A stretch of 62,859 nucleotides of DNA from an uncultured Saprospiraceae bacterium (GCA_964533785.1 CAZHNG010000001.1:29770-92628); one strand, 5' to 3'. Counted from the stretch's first letter, positions 18,375 through 28,673 are shown. Numbers and translations: made by a program. The notes: generated from the sequence alone by a model not told the origin.

Positions 18375-19010
18375 TTATTTTTCAGTCTCTCTTTTTACAA
18401 CGGGGTCTTCCGTTCCCTTTCTTGGTGTTAATACAGACACGTGTTCCACCAGGCGTTTCATATCTTCTGGAGAATTGACATAACAATTCCTTACATTCAA
18501 CGTAGGATCAACAACAACGAAATCCATTTGTTGCCCGGTACAATGGTAAGATTTCACCTTGATATTCTGCAATTGAGCTTCGCCCACTTGCAGAAAGGTG
18601 CAGTAAGGATTATTTTGCAAATATTTTTCGTGGTATTGCTCAATATTCGTACGATCATTGGTATTTATGAGAAAATGCACCTTATCGGTTTTCCCGAATT
18701 GATCCACCAGTTTATTCAAGTTCTCTCCGATCTCTACAGCGTAGGGGCTATCAAGCCGGTCCAAAAAACTCGTTACTACTACACTACCTTTCAAGTCCGC
18801 CAGTGCAAAACTTTCTTTCTCAAACGGCACAAAAGCATATCCACCAACTACCCCCAGATCACTCAGGTCATTGAGAATTTCCAACCGGTAATTGTAACCT
18901 TTTTGTAAATAGTACCAGGATCCCAGCGGTAAACCAACCAGAATTAAGGATAAGGCCACTAATTGGAAGATAAACCTGCGTGGATTCCTGCCTTGTTTTT
19001 CATTACTCAT
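18375..19010 (-). CDS. SCO1/SenC-like thioredoxin-fold protein lacking an evident CxxxC copper site
   Basis: N-terminal TM anchor and SCO-like length and context. Where CxxxC is expected, the sequence reads VVVTSFLDRLDSPYAV. Confidence 0.55.
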   Translation of the reverse strand: MSNEKQGRNPRRFIFQLVALSLILVGLPLGSWYYLQKGYNYRLEILNDLSDLGVVGGYAFVPFEKESFALADLKGSVVVTSFLDRLDSPYAVEIGENLNKLVDQFGKTDKVHFLINTNDRTNIEQYHEKYLQNNPYCTFLQVGEAQLQNIKVKSYHCTGQQMDFVVVDPTLNVRNCYVNSPEDMKRLVEHVSVLTPRKGTEDPVVKRETEK

Positions 19011-19132
19011 TGTAAAACAATATTATTATAGAAGATGCCATTTTCTTCTCCACTATAAATTGATTTATAAAACAAAAGGCCAAGAAATTTGGTTCCTGGC
19101 CTTTTGTAATGGTAGTATCATCTTTTTTGACC

Positions 19133-19561
19133 TTAGCTGTTTTGAATGTCCTCACCTATTCTGTATACCTCATTCATTCCGGTGGCATTCTGCTCTTCAA
19201 CTGGTATTTCATTTTTTTGTTTGATCAAGGCTCTTCTTGCTTTCCAAGAATCTCCTTCCTGGAAAAAGGCGATAATGGCCCAAATAAGTAAAACCGTTGG
19301 TAATAATACGCTAAGGGCCAATCCTTTCACCTCGTAGCGCATGTGCATAAACTCATAAATGATGAAATAGGCTTTATAAAGAGAAAGAGCAATCAAAACA
19401 ACTCCTACAATGTAGGCTACAGCAGTGATTTCATCGACTCCGCCAATAATATATCCTTTACCAAAAAGAGAAAATAGTACCTCAACGATGGTTACAACTG
19501 CAAGCAGGCCGAGGCCAAAAAATACTTTTTTCTTTGATTCTTCGTATGAAAGATGTGCCAT
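19133..19561 (-). CDS. Cytochrome c oxidase subunit IV-like small membrane protein
   Basis: 142 aa, three hydrophobic helices, immediately downstream of the subunit III genes. Confidence 0.65.
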   Translation of the reverse strand: MAHLSYEESKKKVFFGLGLLAVVTIVEVLFSLFGKGYIIGGVDEITAVAYIVGVVLIALSLYKAYFIIYEFMHMRYEVKGLALSVLLPTVLLIWAIIAFFQEGDSWKARRALIKQKNEIPVEEQNATGMNEVYRIGEDIQNS

Positions 19562-19661
19562 GATTTTTATTTTTTAGACGCTAGATTTTAGCCCCTAGAG
19601 GGTATGGGGATGATAGATAATAGTGTAAAATACAAAACTATTGAATTAGGTTTTACACTAT

Positions 19662-20606
19662 CTATAATAAATAGAATACCAGGAATACGAATACCCAAAC
19701 CAAGTCTACGAAGTGCCAGTAAAGCCCTATTTTTTCTACCATTTCGTAGCCATTACGACGAGCAACGTAGACACCACTGGCTGCGTTGATCATGATAATG
19801 AATAAGAATACAACGCCGGAAAATACGTGAAAACCGTGAAAACCTGTAATAAAGAAGAAAAGTGCACCGAAGGCTTTAGGACCAAAATCAGTCCTTGCTA
19901 CTGCTGCCTCACCGGTTTCCTCGTCGACGTATTGATAACGTCTGAAGATCCATCCTTCTTCAGTGGTACTATGATCACCTTCCTGAGCGACAGTCTCGGC
20001 AGCAGCTTCTTCTCCACCGTGCCCTTCTCCGTGTCCGCCGGCTTTATGGATTAAGTAAGTATCTCCTGCTTTAAAGCTTTCTCTGGTCTCTCCGGATTCG
20101 TAGGGATGTCCATGTTCATCATCAAGATATTCCCCATCTACCACGTGTGTACCAAAAGGGTTTGTCGTAACCGTCATGTGCTCCGTACCGATCAAATTAG
20201 TCCATTCCCATGCCTGGCAGCCCAAGAAGCCGGCTCCACCAAGGATAGTTAATAACATCCAGAAAACAACGCCGTTTTTATTCTCACGATGTCCTTCCTG
20301 TACCGCTCTTACCATCGTAACCGAACTAATGATCAAAAGGAAAGACATAATGGTAACAAATATCAACGGTGCCCCGTGAACACCAAAAGGAGCCGTTGAA
20401 AACACCACATCCGGTACCGGCCAGGTGAAGCTACTAAAGCGCAAAGCACCATATGCGATTAAGAAACCGGCAAAAGTAAATGCGTCTGACAGCAGGAAGT
20501 ACCACATCATCAACTTACCATAACTGGCTTTGAACGGGGACTTTGCTCCTGACCATGCATTGTCATCGATAACGTCTTGTTCTATTACAGGATCTGTTGA
20601 TACCAT
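19662..20606 (-). CDS. ctaE: Heme-copper oxidase subunit III with a large His/Glu/Gly-rich loop insertion
   Basis: Subunit III signatures (WYFLLSDAFTFAGF, FFITGFHGFHVFSGV, YWHFVDLVWVFVF). An acidic, His-rich insert of about 90 aa lies between helices. Confidence 0.85.
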   Translation of the reverse strand: MVSTDPVIEQDVIDDNAWSGAKSPFKASYGKLMMWYFLLSDAFTFAGFLIAYGALRFSSFTWPVPDVVFSTAPFGVHGAPLIFVTIMSFLLIISSVTMVRAVQEGHRENKNGVVFWMLLTILGGAGFLGCQAWEWTNLIGTEHMTVTTNPFGTHVVDGEYLDDEHGHPYESGETRESFKAGDTYLIHKAGGHGEGHGGEEAAAETVAQEGDHSTTEEGWIFRRYQYVDEETGEAAVARTDFGPKAFGALFFFITGFHGFHVFSGVVFLFIIMINAASGVYVARRNGYEMVEKIGLYWHFVDLVWVFVFLVFYLL

Positions 20607-20653
20607 TCGTTTGTTATTTTATTTGCTGTTTACAGTTCCAAAATTAATATAAC

Positions 20654-21232
20654 CTATGATTGTATCACAAAAAATACGATTAAATATATCCAGAGAAAAT
20701 CAACGAAATGCCAGTAAGTAAGCGTAAGCTCAAATCTTCTTTTCCGGACATCCGTTACTTTAAATTTTAGCGCAAAAGCGTGGATCATAGCTACTATTAA
20801 CCCGACTATACCGCCTAGTACATGGGCAGCGTGGACCCAGGAGATCGCATAAACAAAATCCCCCGAAGGATTTGTCCGCAAAGGAATACCCATCTCCTTC
20901 AGTGCCGTCCATCCCTGGTATTGCATAATCAGGAAGGCGATCCCCAACGCGAAGCCGGCAAAAAGAAATAACTTATACCGTAGTTCCAGCCCTTTTTTAA
21001 AATTAACATAAGAAGTGTGGAGCGCAACACTACTCAGCAATATTGCGATAGTACTCATAAAGAAAACATCCGGAATTGGAAATTCATACCAATTACCCGC
21101 CGCTCTTCTTACAATATAAGCACTGGTAAGCCCTGAAAATAACATGAGCATACTCGCGCATGCTACCCACATCGCAAATTTTTGAGGATGTATTTTGCTC
21201 CTGTTGTAAGAATTTGCCACTGTCGTCGCCAT
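20654..21232 (-). CDS. Cytochrome c oxidase subunit III family protein (short form)
   Basis: 192 aa ending in TLTYWHFVDFLWIYLIVFF, typical of the subunit III fold. Confidence 0.8.
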   Translation of the reverse strand: MATTVANSYNRSKIHPQKFAMWVACASMLMLFSGLTSAYIVRRAAGNWYEFPIPDVFFMSTIAILLSSVALHTSYVNFKKGLELRYKLFLFAGFALGIAFLIMQYQGWTALKEMGIPLRTNPSGDFVYAISWVHAAHVLGGIVGLIVAMIHAFALKFKVTDVRKRRFELTLTYWHFVDFLWIYLIVFFVIQS

Positions 21233-21277
21233 TTTTATTATTTAACGGTTAGTAAAATCCGTTGGCTTTTCTGTCTG

Positions 21278-22228
21278 TTAAAGTAGTTTATCAACCCATA
21301 ATATTATGAGCACCAAAGGTATATAAAAGAAGGAAGTAAACATCAGCCGTAAAGCAGTTGCTCTGTTGAATTGCACATAAAACTTCCAGCTCTGCAAGGC
21401 GTATATCGTAGAAACCACAAAGACCAGTACAGTCGCCCCTATGCTTGTAATGCCAACAATATAAGGGATCCAGCTCGTGACCATTAAGAATAAAGCATAA
21501 AGTAAAGACTGTGTGCCTATCACTCTGCTGGGAGAATCATTCTTACTGGGCAAAAACTTATAACCTGCTTTGAGATAGTCTTTATGTCCCAACCAGCCGA
21601 TTGACCAGAAATGAGGGAACTGCCAAAGAAACTGGATCGTGAATAACAATAACTCTAAAACGGTCAATTCCCCTTGGGCAGCAACACTCCCGATCAATAC
21701 CGGCATAGCTCCCGCAATCGCTCCAACTGTAACAGCTGCTGGTGTCACCCGCTTTAAAGGCGTGTACAAAAAGGCATAAATAACAAGTGCCAACATACCA
21801 AAAAAAGCAGTCCAGGGATTAAATAACGCCAGAAGGGTGATCCCGATCATACTCATAAAACCTGCTGCTACCACGCCTTCGGAAATAGACATCCTTCCCG
21901 CCGCTAGTGGACGATCAGCTGTGCGCTGCATAAGCTTATCATAATCTTTCTCTAAAACCTGGTTGAGTGCATTGGAAGCACCCGTTACCAAAAAACCGCC
22001 GATCGCAAGCGTCAAAACGTCCAGCCACGCAACTAACGAAGGTGAAGCGATTAAAAAAGCAAGAACAGATGAGAATACAACCGTTAAGTTGAGCCTCAGC
22101 TTAACCAACTGCTTGTAGTCGCTTACTTTTACTGCAAAGACACTTTGCTTTGCTTCAATGCTCGTATTCGTATTCAATGCCTTCTTGTATTTGTAAGCAA
22201 GTGCGTAAGCACCGTTTGGTGTACGCAC
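21278..22228 (-). CDS. ctaB: Protoheme IX farnesyltransferase (heme O synthase)
   Basis: UbiA-family motifs NQVLEKDYDKLMQRTADRPL. The ORF start is a GTG, so the true start is uncertain. Confidence 0.9.
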   Translation of the reverse strand: MRTPNGAYALAYKYKKALNTNTSIEAKQSVFAVKVSDYKQLVKLRLNLTVVFSSVLAFLIASPSLVAWLDVLTLAIGGFLVTGASNALNQVLEKDYDKLMQRTADRPLAAGRMSISEGVVAAGFMSMIGITLLALFNPWTAFFGMLALVIYAFLYTPLKRVTPAAVTVGAIAGAMPVLIGSVAAQGELTVLELLLFTIQFLWQFPHFWSIGWLGHKDYLKAGYKFLPSKNDSPSRVIGTQSLLYALFLMVTSWIPYIVGITSIGATVLVFVVSTIYALQSWKFYVQFNRATALRLMFTSFFYIPLVLIILWVDKLL

Positions 22229-22285
22229 CTGATTACATTTTTATAATGAAATACTTTTCAATTTGTTATAATAATTGAACAAACC

Positions 22286-24136
22286 TTAGTGCCCCGGACT
22301 CTCATCATCCCCTACTGGTTTCACCTGAGGAATAAACTCTTTACCATCTTTTCCGTAGTCATAAGCCCAGCGTTGTACTGATGGTAGATTACCTTCCCAG
22401 TTTCCGTGTCCGGCGTTAATTGGAGTCGTCCATTCCAGGGTATTAGCTCCCCAAGGATTACGCACCGTCATTTTTTTGCCGTACCAAATGCTGTAGAAGA
22501 AATTAATAACGAATAATATCTGCAAAGCAAATACAATCGCCGCGGCAATCGTAATAAACTGGTTCATGCCGTCGAAGTGACCGAATGTTGTAAAGCTGTC
22601 AAAACGGTAGTAGCGTCTTGGTACTCCAGCCATCCCAAGGTAGTGCATAGGCCAGAAAATAGCATAAGCACCAACAAGCGTTCCCCAGAAGTGTATCTTC
22701 CCGAGTGTCTCATTCATAAATCTACCGTACATTTTCGGGAACCAGTGATAAATACCCGCGAACATTCCGAAGAATGCGGCAATACCCATCACGATGTGGA
22801 AGTGAGCAACCACAAAGTAAGTATCATGCATTTGTATATCAATGGCTGAGTTACCTAAGAAAATACCCGTCAAACCACCGGAAATAAACATCGATACAAA
22901 CCCAATACCAAACAAGCTTGCGGAGTTAAACCGGATACTACCTCCGTATAGGGTTGCAATCCAATTAAACACTTTCACCGCTGAAGGAACAGCGATAATC
23001 AATGTGAAAATCACAAAGAAGTTAGAAATGAATGGATTTACACCCGACATGAACATATGGTGTGCCCACACGATGAAAGACAAGAAAGCAATTGCCAGAA
23101 TGGAATAAACCATCGCTTTATATCCAAAGATAGGCTTACGTGAATGTACGGATAATACTTCTGATACGATCCCCATCGCCGGCAGGATAATGATATATAC
23201 CTCCGGGTGTCCGAGGAACCAGAATAAGTGTTGATAAAGTATCGGACTACCACCCACGTGATCCAATGCCTGACCACCAATAAAAATTTCACTCAGATAG
23301 AAACTTGTTCCTAAGCTGCGGTCAAACATAACTAATAGGAGCCCCGAAACTAATACCGGAAATGACAGAAGACCGATTATAGCCGTAATGAAAAAAGACC
23401 AGATAGTTAGGGGCAGTCGCCACATACTCATACCCTTAGTCCGCAGGTTCAATACTGTTGTGATGTAATTAATACCTCCCAACAGTACCGAGACAACAAA
23501 CAAGACCAAACTTACCACCCACAAAGTCATACCGGCAGCCGAACCTGATGAAGCCTGCGGTAGCGCACTCAGCGGAGGATAGGCCGTCCATCCACCACTA
23601 AACGGTCCCGTACTTAGGAAGAGAGAAATGAACATTACAATGCCTGCCAGGAAAAAGAACCAATAGGATAGCATATTCAGAAAAGGAGATGCCATATCCC
23701 TTGCACCAACCTGAAGAGGAATCAACAAATTACTGAAAGTACCACTCAATCCTGCTGTTAATACGAAGAACACCAAAATAGTACCATGCATTGTGACTAA
23801 TGCATAGTAAAATTGTGGGTCCAATGTACCTACACCATCGTTTATGGTAATCCACTTACCTAGTAATGGTTTTATCCATGCCATATCGCCGTCAGGGAAA
23901 CCAAGCTGTAATCTAAAAATGATAGACATTGCTGCCCCAATGATCGCCCAAAACATCCCGGTAATTAGAAATTGCTTCGCAATGATCTTGTGATCCTGAC
24001 TGAAGATATAAGTATTAATAAAGTTAGATTGATACTTATCACCATGGTGATGATCATGAAAATGGTCATCAAAACCATGCTGTTCTATCAGAACATCTTC
24101 TTCTGTTTTAGTCTGTGGTGTTTTTATATCAGCCAT
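22286..24136 (-). CDS. ctaD: Cytochrome c oxidase subunit I
   Basis: Canonical motifs WFLGHPEVYIIILP, HHMF and VAHFHIVM. 616 aa. Confidence 0.95.
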   Translation of the reverse strand: MADIKTPQTKTEEDVLIEQHGFDDHFHDHHHGDKYQSNFINTYIFSQDHKIIAKQFLITGMFWAIIGAAMSIIFRLQLGFPDGDMAWIKPLLGKWITINDGVGTLDPQFYYALVTMHGTILVFFVLTAGLSGTFSNLLIPLQVGARDMASPFLNMLSYWFFFLAGIVMFISLFLSTGPFSGGWTAYPPLSALPQASSGSAAGMTLWVVSLVLFVVSVLLGGINYITTVLNLRTKGMSMWRLPLTIWSFFITAIIGLLSFPVLVSGLLLVMFDRSLGTSFYLSEIFIGGQALDHVGGSPILYQHLFWFLGHPEVYIIILPAMGIVSEVLSVHSRKPIFGYKAMVYSILAIAFLSFIVWAHHMFMSGVNPFISNFFVIFTLIIAVPSAVKVFNWIATLYGGSIRFNSASLFGIGFVSMFISGGLTGIFLGNSAIDIQMHDTYFVVAHFHIVMGIAAFFGMFAGIYHWFPKMYGRFMNETLGKIHFWGTLVGAYAIFWPMHYLGMAGVPRRYYRFDSFTTFGHFDGMNQFITIAAAIVFALQILFVINFFYSIWYGKKMTVRNPWGANTLEWTTPINAGHGNWEGNLPSVQRWAYDYGKDGKEFIPQVKPVGDDESPGH

Positions 24137-24176
24137 TAGTCATTATATTTATCAACACTCCCAACTGGGAAAATAA

Positions 24177-25670
24177 TTATTTCGTTAAAATTCTAAATTC
24201 TGTTCTACGGTTCATAGCCCTTCCTTCTTCTGTTTCATTAGTATCAACTGGTCGCGCTGAACCGTATCCTACGTACCTCAACCTTGATTCGTCAATACCT
24301 TTATCTGCCAGGTACTGGTAAACGGCTGCTGCGCGTTTTTGAGATAATTCAACATTGGATGATGCATCACCGCTATTGTCCGTATGTCCTGCTAATTCAA
24401 CAGTCATACTGGAATTTGTTGTCATTAAATCGTAAAGATTGTCTAATTCGTAGCGAGACAAATCGGTCAGGTTAGCAGAACCCGTTTCAAAGAACACATA
24501 GTTGAAGCGCAATGAGGTATCTTGCGGACTATCCATCTGCAGAACTCCTTGCACGGCCTCGTTGAACTCTTCCTTACGCTCTTCAACCTCAAAATCCAGT
24601 ATTTCATCTTTAAGAGGATCGTAATCTTTGCCCCTCACATTCGAAAGATAGTAAGAACTTTGACTACTCAACCAATCTTCGTACTCGTCTTCCTCGACAA
24701 TGCGAACTAACTTCTTCATACTGTAGTGCCCTCTACCACATAGCTCAGCACAAGCTAACTCAAAATTGAAGGTTTCCCACAATTGTAAATCGGGCTGTTC
24801 CGGATCAGGCTGCTGGTATTCAGGATACTTTCTTAACTCTTGGCGGTATTCTTCCGTTGTTTTGGAAGGAGTGAAAACAAAATAAGTTGGTAACCCGGGA
24901 ATGGCATCCATTTTCACCCTGAAGTGTGGTAAATAGAAGTTATGAAGTACATCTTTCGCCGTGATACGAACCCGAACCTTTTTTCCTTTGGGTAGTACAA
25001 TTTCGTTGACGTGGATGTCGTCTATGTTCTTTTTATCTTCCCAATTTTGTCCGAGTGGATTGGTCGCAGGATCGATCAAACGAAAATCTTTTTCCCCGAT
25101 TAATCCATCAGGACCAGGATAACGTAACTCCCAAGCAAACTGGTACCCTGTTGCTTCAATTTCAATGTGCTCTTCTCCTGGTTTAATATCCGCCATTACC
25201 TCGTTCCAGGCATCTAGACCACCTATGACCAGGTAAGTCATAACAATGGCAGGGATACCCGTCCAAATGTATTCTACTAGATTATTGTGCGGTAGAAAAA
25301 CAGCCTTACTACCGCGCTTAGCCCGGTACTTATAGGCAAAATAGAAAAGTGCGATTTGGGTCAGGACGAACACAAAACCAGTACACAATAAAGTAATGTG
25401 AAATAAGCTGTCCAGGCTTCCTCCGTGCTCTGATGCAGCAGCGTGAGGGCCATATCCCAGCATGTAGTTTTTATAGTAGTAACCTGAGGCGAAAACGCCA
25501 ATCAAAAAGAGAACCATAAAGACCATGGAAAAAAGACCTGCACGATTATTAGCAATTTCTTGCATTTCTTCTTCACCTCTGATCTTACTGGCAAGCTCAG
25601 TTACTTTACCAATCTGTACTGCAACTATGGCAATCAGTATCAGACTTAATGTTATGAGTAATGCAGTCAT
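24177..25670 (-). CDS. ctaC: Cytochrome c oxidase subunit II fused to a C-terminal OmpA-like peptidoglycan-binding domain
   Basis: CuA ligands DVLHNF and CAELCGRGHYSM. The last 110 aa or so are OmpA_C-like: FETGSANLT...ELAGHTDNSGD...NVELSQKRAAAV..GYGSARPV...GRAMNRRTEFRI. No CxxCH motif. Confidence 0.85.
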   Translation of the reverse strand: MTALLITLSLILIAIVAVQIGKVTELASKIRGEEEMQEIANNRAGLFSMVFMVLFLIGVFASGYYYKNYMLGYGPHAAASEHGGSLDSLFHITLLCTGFVFVLTQIALFYFAYKYRAKRGSKAVFLPHNNLVEYIWTGIPAIVMTYLVIGGLDAWNEVMADIKPGEEHIEIEATGYQFAWELRYPGPDGLIGEKDFRLIDPATNPLGQNWEDKKNIDDIHVNEIVLPKGKKVRVRITAKDVLHNFYLPHFRVKMDAIPGLPTYFVFTPSKTTEEYRQELRKYPEYQQPDPEQPDLQLWETFNFELACAELCGRGHYSMKKLVRIVEEDEYEDWLSSQSSYYLSNVRGKDYDPLKDEILDFEVEERKEEFNEAVQGVLQMDSPQDTSLRFNYVFFETGSANLTDLSRYELDNLYDLMTTNSSMTVELAGHTDNSGDASSNVELSQKRAAAVYQYLADKGIDESRLRYVGYGSARPVDTNETEEGRAMNRRTEFRILTK

Positions 25671-25778
25671 TATTTATTTCTTGTTTCTATTATTTTTTAA
25701 TCTAAAATCCCTACAAAATTAAGGATCAATGTTTATTTCAGCTATACCACAAGGGCCTTCGACTTATTTAGAATCATT

Positions 25779-27065
25779 CTAATTAAAGGGCCAAACGCTG
25801 TGGTGTAAACTTTCCTTTAAGTATGGATCACGCTCTGCCAACAACGGAGCTTTGCTCATGCGCCAAAATACAAAGTACATGAAGAAAGCAAGAAAGCCAA
25901 GCATTGTTCCAATCTCCAATAATCCGGGAACGGAAAAACCAGCGACAAAACCTACCGCATGGCTAGCTGCCTCAGCAGCTCCGTGATCACCAGCGGCATG
26001 CTCCATGTGGCTCATGACTTCATGAGTAGTGTGGTAAACCCCCGGTTTGATCATCTGGAAAAAGTCCCACCAGTGACCAAAAAATACGACAATAGAAGCA
26101 AAAACCATCGTTCCGTATTTTCGCTTCGTATCATTACGCATTAGAATAAAGAAAGGGGCCGCAAAGTTCAATACTAAATTCGTATAGAACAGAACCGGAT
26201 AATTATCTATCCTGGTTTGAAAGTAAACGGTTTCCTCCCCTACATTTCCGTACCAGATCAACATATACTGTGAGAACCACAAATAGGTCCAGAAAATACT
26301 GATCGCAAACAGGTACTTTCCGAGGTCATGAAGGTGATTAGCCGTAACAACTTCTAAATAACCGAGTGACTTCAAATAAATAACCGTAATGATCGTCAAG
26401 GCCATAGCGGCTACAAACCAGCTTGCCCCCGTATACCAAGCGTAAAGCGTACTATACCAATGAGAATCGATGGACATTATCCACTGCCAGATCAAAGCAG
26501 CGCTCGCAAAACCTGCAATGGGTAAGAAAGCAGCCGCCCAAACCCGCATGGTATGGTGAAGACGGTAATCGTCGGTACCTTCGACATCCTCTTTGAGAGA
26601 TAATTGTCTTAATCTTATAGCAAACAAGATCCACACTCCCATTATGATTATCGTACCGAAGGTGTACCAACTTTTGTTTAAAAATGCAGACTTGTGCTGG
26701 AGAATCGGATCCTCCGCAACTGTCGCTGCATCGTTCCAGTGATACAAATGATGGCCGTGTGTCCAAAGACCAGCTGCCAAGACTAACAAAAGTAGGGCTC
26801 CTGGTATTAAAAACAAAGAATAAGCCTCCCACACCCGCTTCACTACCGTATGCCATCCTGACCATGCTGTTATAAAAGCAGATAGGATAAATAAAGAAAT
26901 AAAAGCTATTCCGGTAAAGAACACCGTATTGTGTAAATAATTGGACCAAAACCGGGAGTGGAGCGCATCATCTGTAAAGAAAGTAACTCCTAAGCATAAC
27001 AATCCCAGGATCATGAAAGCTAAGAGGACTGTCTTTTGTCTGGCTGTAAAGCTAAACTGGTTCAT
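25779..27065 (-). CDS. actF: Alternative complex III subunit ActF (quinol:cytochrome c oxidoreductase membrane subunit)
   Basis: Polytopic NrfD-like membrane protein positioned after ActE. ATG at 27065. Confidence 0.8.
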   Translation of the reverse strand: MNQFSFTARQKTVLLAFMILGLLCLGVTFFTDDALHSRFWSNYLHNTVFFTGIAFISLFILSAFITAWSGWHTVVKRVWEAYSLFLIPGALLLLVLAAGLWTHGHHLYHWNDAATVAEDPILQHKSAFLNKSWYTFGTIIIMGVWILFAIRLRQLSLKEDVEGTDDYRLHHTMRVWAAAFLPIAGFASAALIWQWIMSIDSHWYSTLYAWYTGASWFVAAMALTIITVIYLKSLGYLEVVTANHLHDLGKYLFAISIFWTYLWFSQYMLIWYGNVGEETVYFQTRIDNYPVLFYTNLVLNFAAPFFILMRNDTKRKYGTMVFASIVVFFGHWWDFFQMIKPGVYHTTHEVMSHMEHAAGDHGAAEAASHAVGFVAGFSVPGLLEIGTMLGFLAFFMYFVFWRMSKAPLLAERDPYLKESLHHSVWPFN

Positions 27066-27167
27066 CAAATATTGCTATTTATGAGATGGTGACAACACTC
27101 TAAAAAGTGCTGTCGAATTTATGTTTTTATTCTACGATCCAATGTAACCCGGATCACAAAAGAAAAA

Positions 27168-28055
27168 TTAGTGTTGAGATCCGGATCCATGATCATCCGA
27201 CTGATGATCACCTTCCGTAGTATTTTCGTGGGGAACTTCTTCAACGACGTTCTGCACAGCGGCGGTTTGCTTGATCATCGCCATAGGCGTACCGAAAGAT
27301 TCATTTAAAGTATTCACATTAGCATCGTACTCCGTTCCTGTTTCGTCGGCCTGCAATGCTCTGATGTAGTGGATCACATTCCATCTTTCTTCGTAGGATA
27401 ATTTATCTTTGTAAGCACCCATAACGTTCTTACCGTACATAATGGCGTGGTAATAACGTCCGTTTGAAGCGGTCAGCAAATCACCGATCAAGAAATTGGC
27501 AGGTTGTGCCGGATAAGCTGCGTTAGGATTGTCTTCACTTACGATATAACCGACACCATCCCCTTTCTCTCCGTGACAAATACCGCAAAAGATATCGTAC
27601 AGTTCCTTACCCTTGGCTAAGCCTTCTTCTGTAATGGGGAAAGGATTGTCGATCAATTCTTCCGTAGCACGAGTTCTTTCTTCCTCAGTATCTTCATAAT
27701 GATAAGGTACACTACCGTTTACGGGAACAGCAATTTCATTAACCGAACGCTCTCCACGTAAGGTAGCCATCATGGTTTCCGCCTGATTGGGATCAGTATG
27801 TCTTACACCAGCGTAACCCCGGGGGACAGTACCATGTACCGGTTCACCAGGAATGGATAAAGTTTTCAGATCAACTTTGCTATCCTCATCCCAGGTGTTC
27901 AAACCATATTTCGTGTACACGTTAGCCTCGTAGGCTATCGAATGAGCCATATCCGGCATATATTCACTTCCGGTGAAATTTCCTTCCGCCGGTGAACACG
28001 CATACAATGATAAAGCGAATAGAACCGCAACCAAATACTGCTTAATCTTTATCAT
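27168..28055 (-). CDS. actE: ACIII monoheme cytochrome c lipoprotein ActE
   Basis: Lipobox LYAC, single CGICHG heme site, His-rich C-terminal tail. Confidence 0.8.
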   Translation of the reverse strand: MIKIKQYLVAVLFALSLYACSPAEGNFTGSEYMPDMAHSIAYEANVYTKYGLNTWDEDSKVDLKTLSIPGEPVHGTVPRGYAGVRHTDPNQAETMMATLRGERSVNEIAVPVNGSVPYHYEDTEEERTRATEELIDNPFPITEEGLAKGKELYDIFCGICHGEKGDGVGYIVSEDNPNAAYPAQPANFLIGDLLTASNGRYYHAIMYGKNVMGAYKDKLSYEERWNVIHYIRALQADETGTEYDANVNTLNESFGTPMAMIKQTAAVQNVVEEVPHENTTEGDHQSDDHGSGSQH

Positions 28056-28114
28056 GAAAATCTTTTATTTTAAAATCAAATCCCAAATTCTATTTTCGGG
28101 AATCAAAAAATATT

Positions 28115-28645
28115 CTAAATAGCTTTGACATTAGTTTCTACAGCTCCGGTAGTCGTAAGAAAATCTTTCAGACTGTCTTTATCCTCCTCTGCAGAATCTG
28201 AAACATCAAACGCCATACAAAACTTATCATCAGTAATTCTTTCGTCCAAAGTGGGATTTTTCACCCCCGGCCACAGCCCATTGACGGTATAAAAAGTAAC
28301 CACCATCCCTACGGATGCGAATAATACGGTTACCTCGAAAGTAATGGGTATAAACGCGGGTACCGACCAGTAAGGTTTCCCCCCAAAAATGATTGGCCAG
28401 TCCCGGGTAAATACCCAGGTCATGAATAAAAATGCAGTCAGCGTACCGATCATTCCGTAGACAAAGCCTGCAATATGCAACCTACTTTCAGACAATTCCA
28501 TCGCCTCCTCCAACCCGTGAACGGGAAAAGGAGTGTAAACTTCATCGATCTCAAGGTGATCCGCTTTGGCCTTTTTAATTGCACGAAGTAATACTTCTTC
28601 ATCTTCATACAATCCGTAGAGCACTGTTTTATTATATTTTCTCAT
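28115..28645 (-). CDS. actD: ACIII membrane subunit ActD (DUF3341)
   Basis: 176 aa with two TM helices, in the canonical position between ActC and ActE. Confidence 0.8.
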   Translation of the reverse strand: MRKYNKTVLYGLYEDEEVLLRAIKKAKADHLEIDEVYTPFPVHGLEEAMELSESRLHIAGFVYGMIGTLTAFLFMTWVFTRDWPIIFGGKPYWSVPAFIPITFEVTVLFASVGMVVTFYTVNGLWPGVKNPTLDERITDDKFCMAFDVSDSAEEDKDSLKDFLTTTGAVETNVKAI

Positions 28646-28673
28646 AATCCGAGAGCTAATGTTACATTATTAA

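Noticed and set aside
26452-26949. A 165-aa minus-strand ORF inside actF, together with other internal or antisense ORFs in the respiratory block (for example 22577-23292, 30664-31849, 32473-33010).
   Set aside because: All overlap strongly supported membrane or redox protein genes in other frames, and none carries a recognisable motif.
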